Assembly (NCBI GenBank): GCA_018985225.1
Contig: JADGIF010000388.1
Location: 1 to 9,461, forward strand
Reading direction: 5' to 3'
DNA from: Amoeboradix gromovi X-113
Lineage: Eukaryota > Fungi > Sanchytriomycota
Length of the DNA stretch: 9,461 bases
Under the pieces are notes generated by a model. It was not told the DNA's origin. It ran no database searches and saw only the letters and a program-made list of their open reading frames with translations. This document shows positions 8,385 through 9,461 of the stretch, one piece after another. A program made the translations under genes and the position numbers. How positions within the stretch are numbered: position 1 is the first letter of the stretch; every line of letters begins with the position of its first letter.

Positions 8385-8660
8385 AAAAGAAATAATTAAG
8401 TAGATACCAATCCCTCATGAAAGAGCCGCCAAAATTATAGCGTAAAAGTATCGTCATATTATTGCGCTTACCATGATACCTTTGTTAATACCAGAAAACT
8501 CAAGAGAAACTGGCTTGGTCTATATAGATCTTGTTTGAAAAAGACTCGCTAAGATTATGAAATTTCACGATAGAAAATTAATCTTAGATATCTGATAGTG
8601 GAAGTGCGTGATAAAAACAGTTGATATCGTGATGCGGTTACAAGCACGACATAGAGTGCC
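8385..8660 (+). pseudogene. Possible highly decayed TnpB/Fanzor-like remnant
   Basis: Colinear peptides with stops and frameshifts: KRNN*VD, HERAAKIIA*KYRHII (8416..8463), RKLKRNWLGL (8493), KRLAKIMKFHDRKLILD (8539) and CGYKHDIE (8633). Recognised by eye only. Confidence 0.3.
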
Positions 8661-8872
8661 ATTATTGTTTCCGTAGTAATAAGCTGATTTACGAACTTGG
8701 TTGAAAGTCATTTAAAATTATTCCTTAGTTTAGAAAGTAAAGAGGACTTATGGCATCCCTTTGCCTCAATTATAAATAAGAAACATCACATATTTCTACT
8801 TTGCCGGCTCTAAATTTTTGAGGCTTTTTGCATTATAACCAAGCCTAGTTTTGTGTAATGCATCCTTTGTGA

Positions 8873-9364
8873 ATGTTTTTGAAGTTTTTAATTTGTTCTT
8901 TCATTTACGCTATATGTATTGCAACTATGTTTACAACAGAAATAAACTTGGAAAAGGCCTGGTTGTATTTCGGAATATTGACTGCATTTTATGTGGCTCT
9001 CTTTCTGTATTATCTGCTACAAAATATTCGTAAAAGAAAAATTGGAAAAGAAAATTTGAAAAGTGATGATAAAAGAAGTACAGATATATTAACAGTGCCG
9101 AAGCTGGCTAGGGATAGAGGATCGTTGAGCAGCAATCCTAGTAGAAATGCGTCACTTAAACTTTATTCCGAAGAAGAAAATATAGAATTAAGAGAGCAGG
9201 TCAAGAGCATCCTTCAAGCATCGCTTGTTTTATTACCAATGCCTATCGCACCGGAAAAAACGAAAACCGAAGTACTTTTAGAACGCAAAAATACATTATC
9301 TAATAGTCGCAGACCTTCTGCTATTGGAGATATTAAAGAAGAAGTAGAAATTGATGCAAAATAA
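8873..9364 (+). CDS. Hypothetical membrane protein, 163 aa (N-terminal signal/TM, second TM, charged Ser-rich tail)
   Basis: ATG-initiated 492-nt ORF in AT-rich DNA. Hydrophobic residues 1-19 and ~29-49 are followed by RKRKIGK (positive-inside rule). No family recognised. Confidence 0.6.
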   Translation: MFLKFLICSFIYAICIATMFTTEINLEKAWLYFGILTAFYVALFLYYLLQNIRKRKIGKENLKSDDKRSTDILTVPKLARDRGSLSSNPSRNASLKLYSEEENIELREQVKSILQASLVLLPMPIAPEKTKTEVLLERKNTLSNSRRPSAIGDIKEEVEIDAK

Positions 9365-9384
9365 ACTATTGGCGGAACATTTTC

Positions 9385-9461
9385 TTTTTATTCCTTCTAC
9401 ACTTGGCTTCACGTTAAAAGTCCTGATTTCCGAGAAAACCGAGAATTTCCACAAAGAAACT
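9385..9461 (-). mobile_element. Second copy of the Fanzor element right end / omegaRNA 3' part, cut off by the window edge
   Basis: The reverse complement of 9385..9461 equals 2361..2437 at 76/77 (single mismatch at 2411/9411). Similarity stops abruptly after GAAGGAATAAAAA. Confidence 0.9.

Noticed and set aside
6888-9033. ORFs 6888..7136, 7859..8140 and 8851..9033
   Set aside because: Short, two have non-ATG starts, none has a recognisable domain, and the last overlaps the better 8873 ORF.
2361-9461. Composite transposon carrying the debranching enzyme between 77-nt inverted repeats
   Set aside because: Both repeats are right ends pointing inward with their element bodies outside, so the enclosed genes are flanking DNA, not cargo.
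1-9461. CRISPR array, tRNA or rRNA
   Set aside because: No regularly spaced direct repeats or recognisable structural RNA motifs were seen.

Overview
AT-rich, gene-dense eukaryotic DNA using the standard genetic code, probably from a compact-genome fungus or protist (inference). Housekeeping genes: Rab1/Ypt1 (675..1297, completed by a 20-nt GT-AG intron that the ORF track misses), a convergent SFT2/Got1-family membrane protein, a shortened glycogen debranching enzyme with all catalytic motifs, and one orphan membrane protein. The intergenic DNA holds relics of Fanzor/TnpB-type (OMEGA) RNA-guided nucleases. A clear 5'-truncated Fanzor2-like pseudogene (~1992..2408) overlaps a structured putative omegaRNA/right end. 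That end recurs almost perfectly (76/77 nt) in inverted orientation at the window end (9385..9461), with a different flank and so a different candidate guide. Two more decayed TnpB/Fanzor-like remnants are suggested at ~7310..7650 and ~8385..8660. A second, degenerate inverted repeat pair (4..170 / 1792..1985) brackets Rab1+SFT2 and abuts the Fanzor remnant. All alignments and translations were done by eye; no database searches were run.
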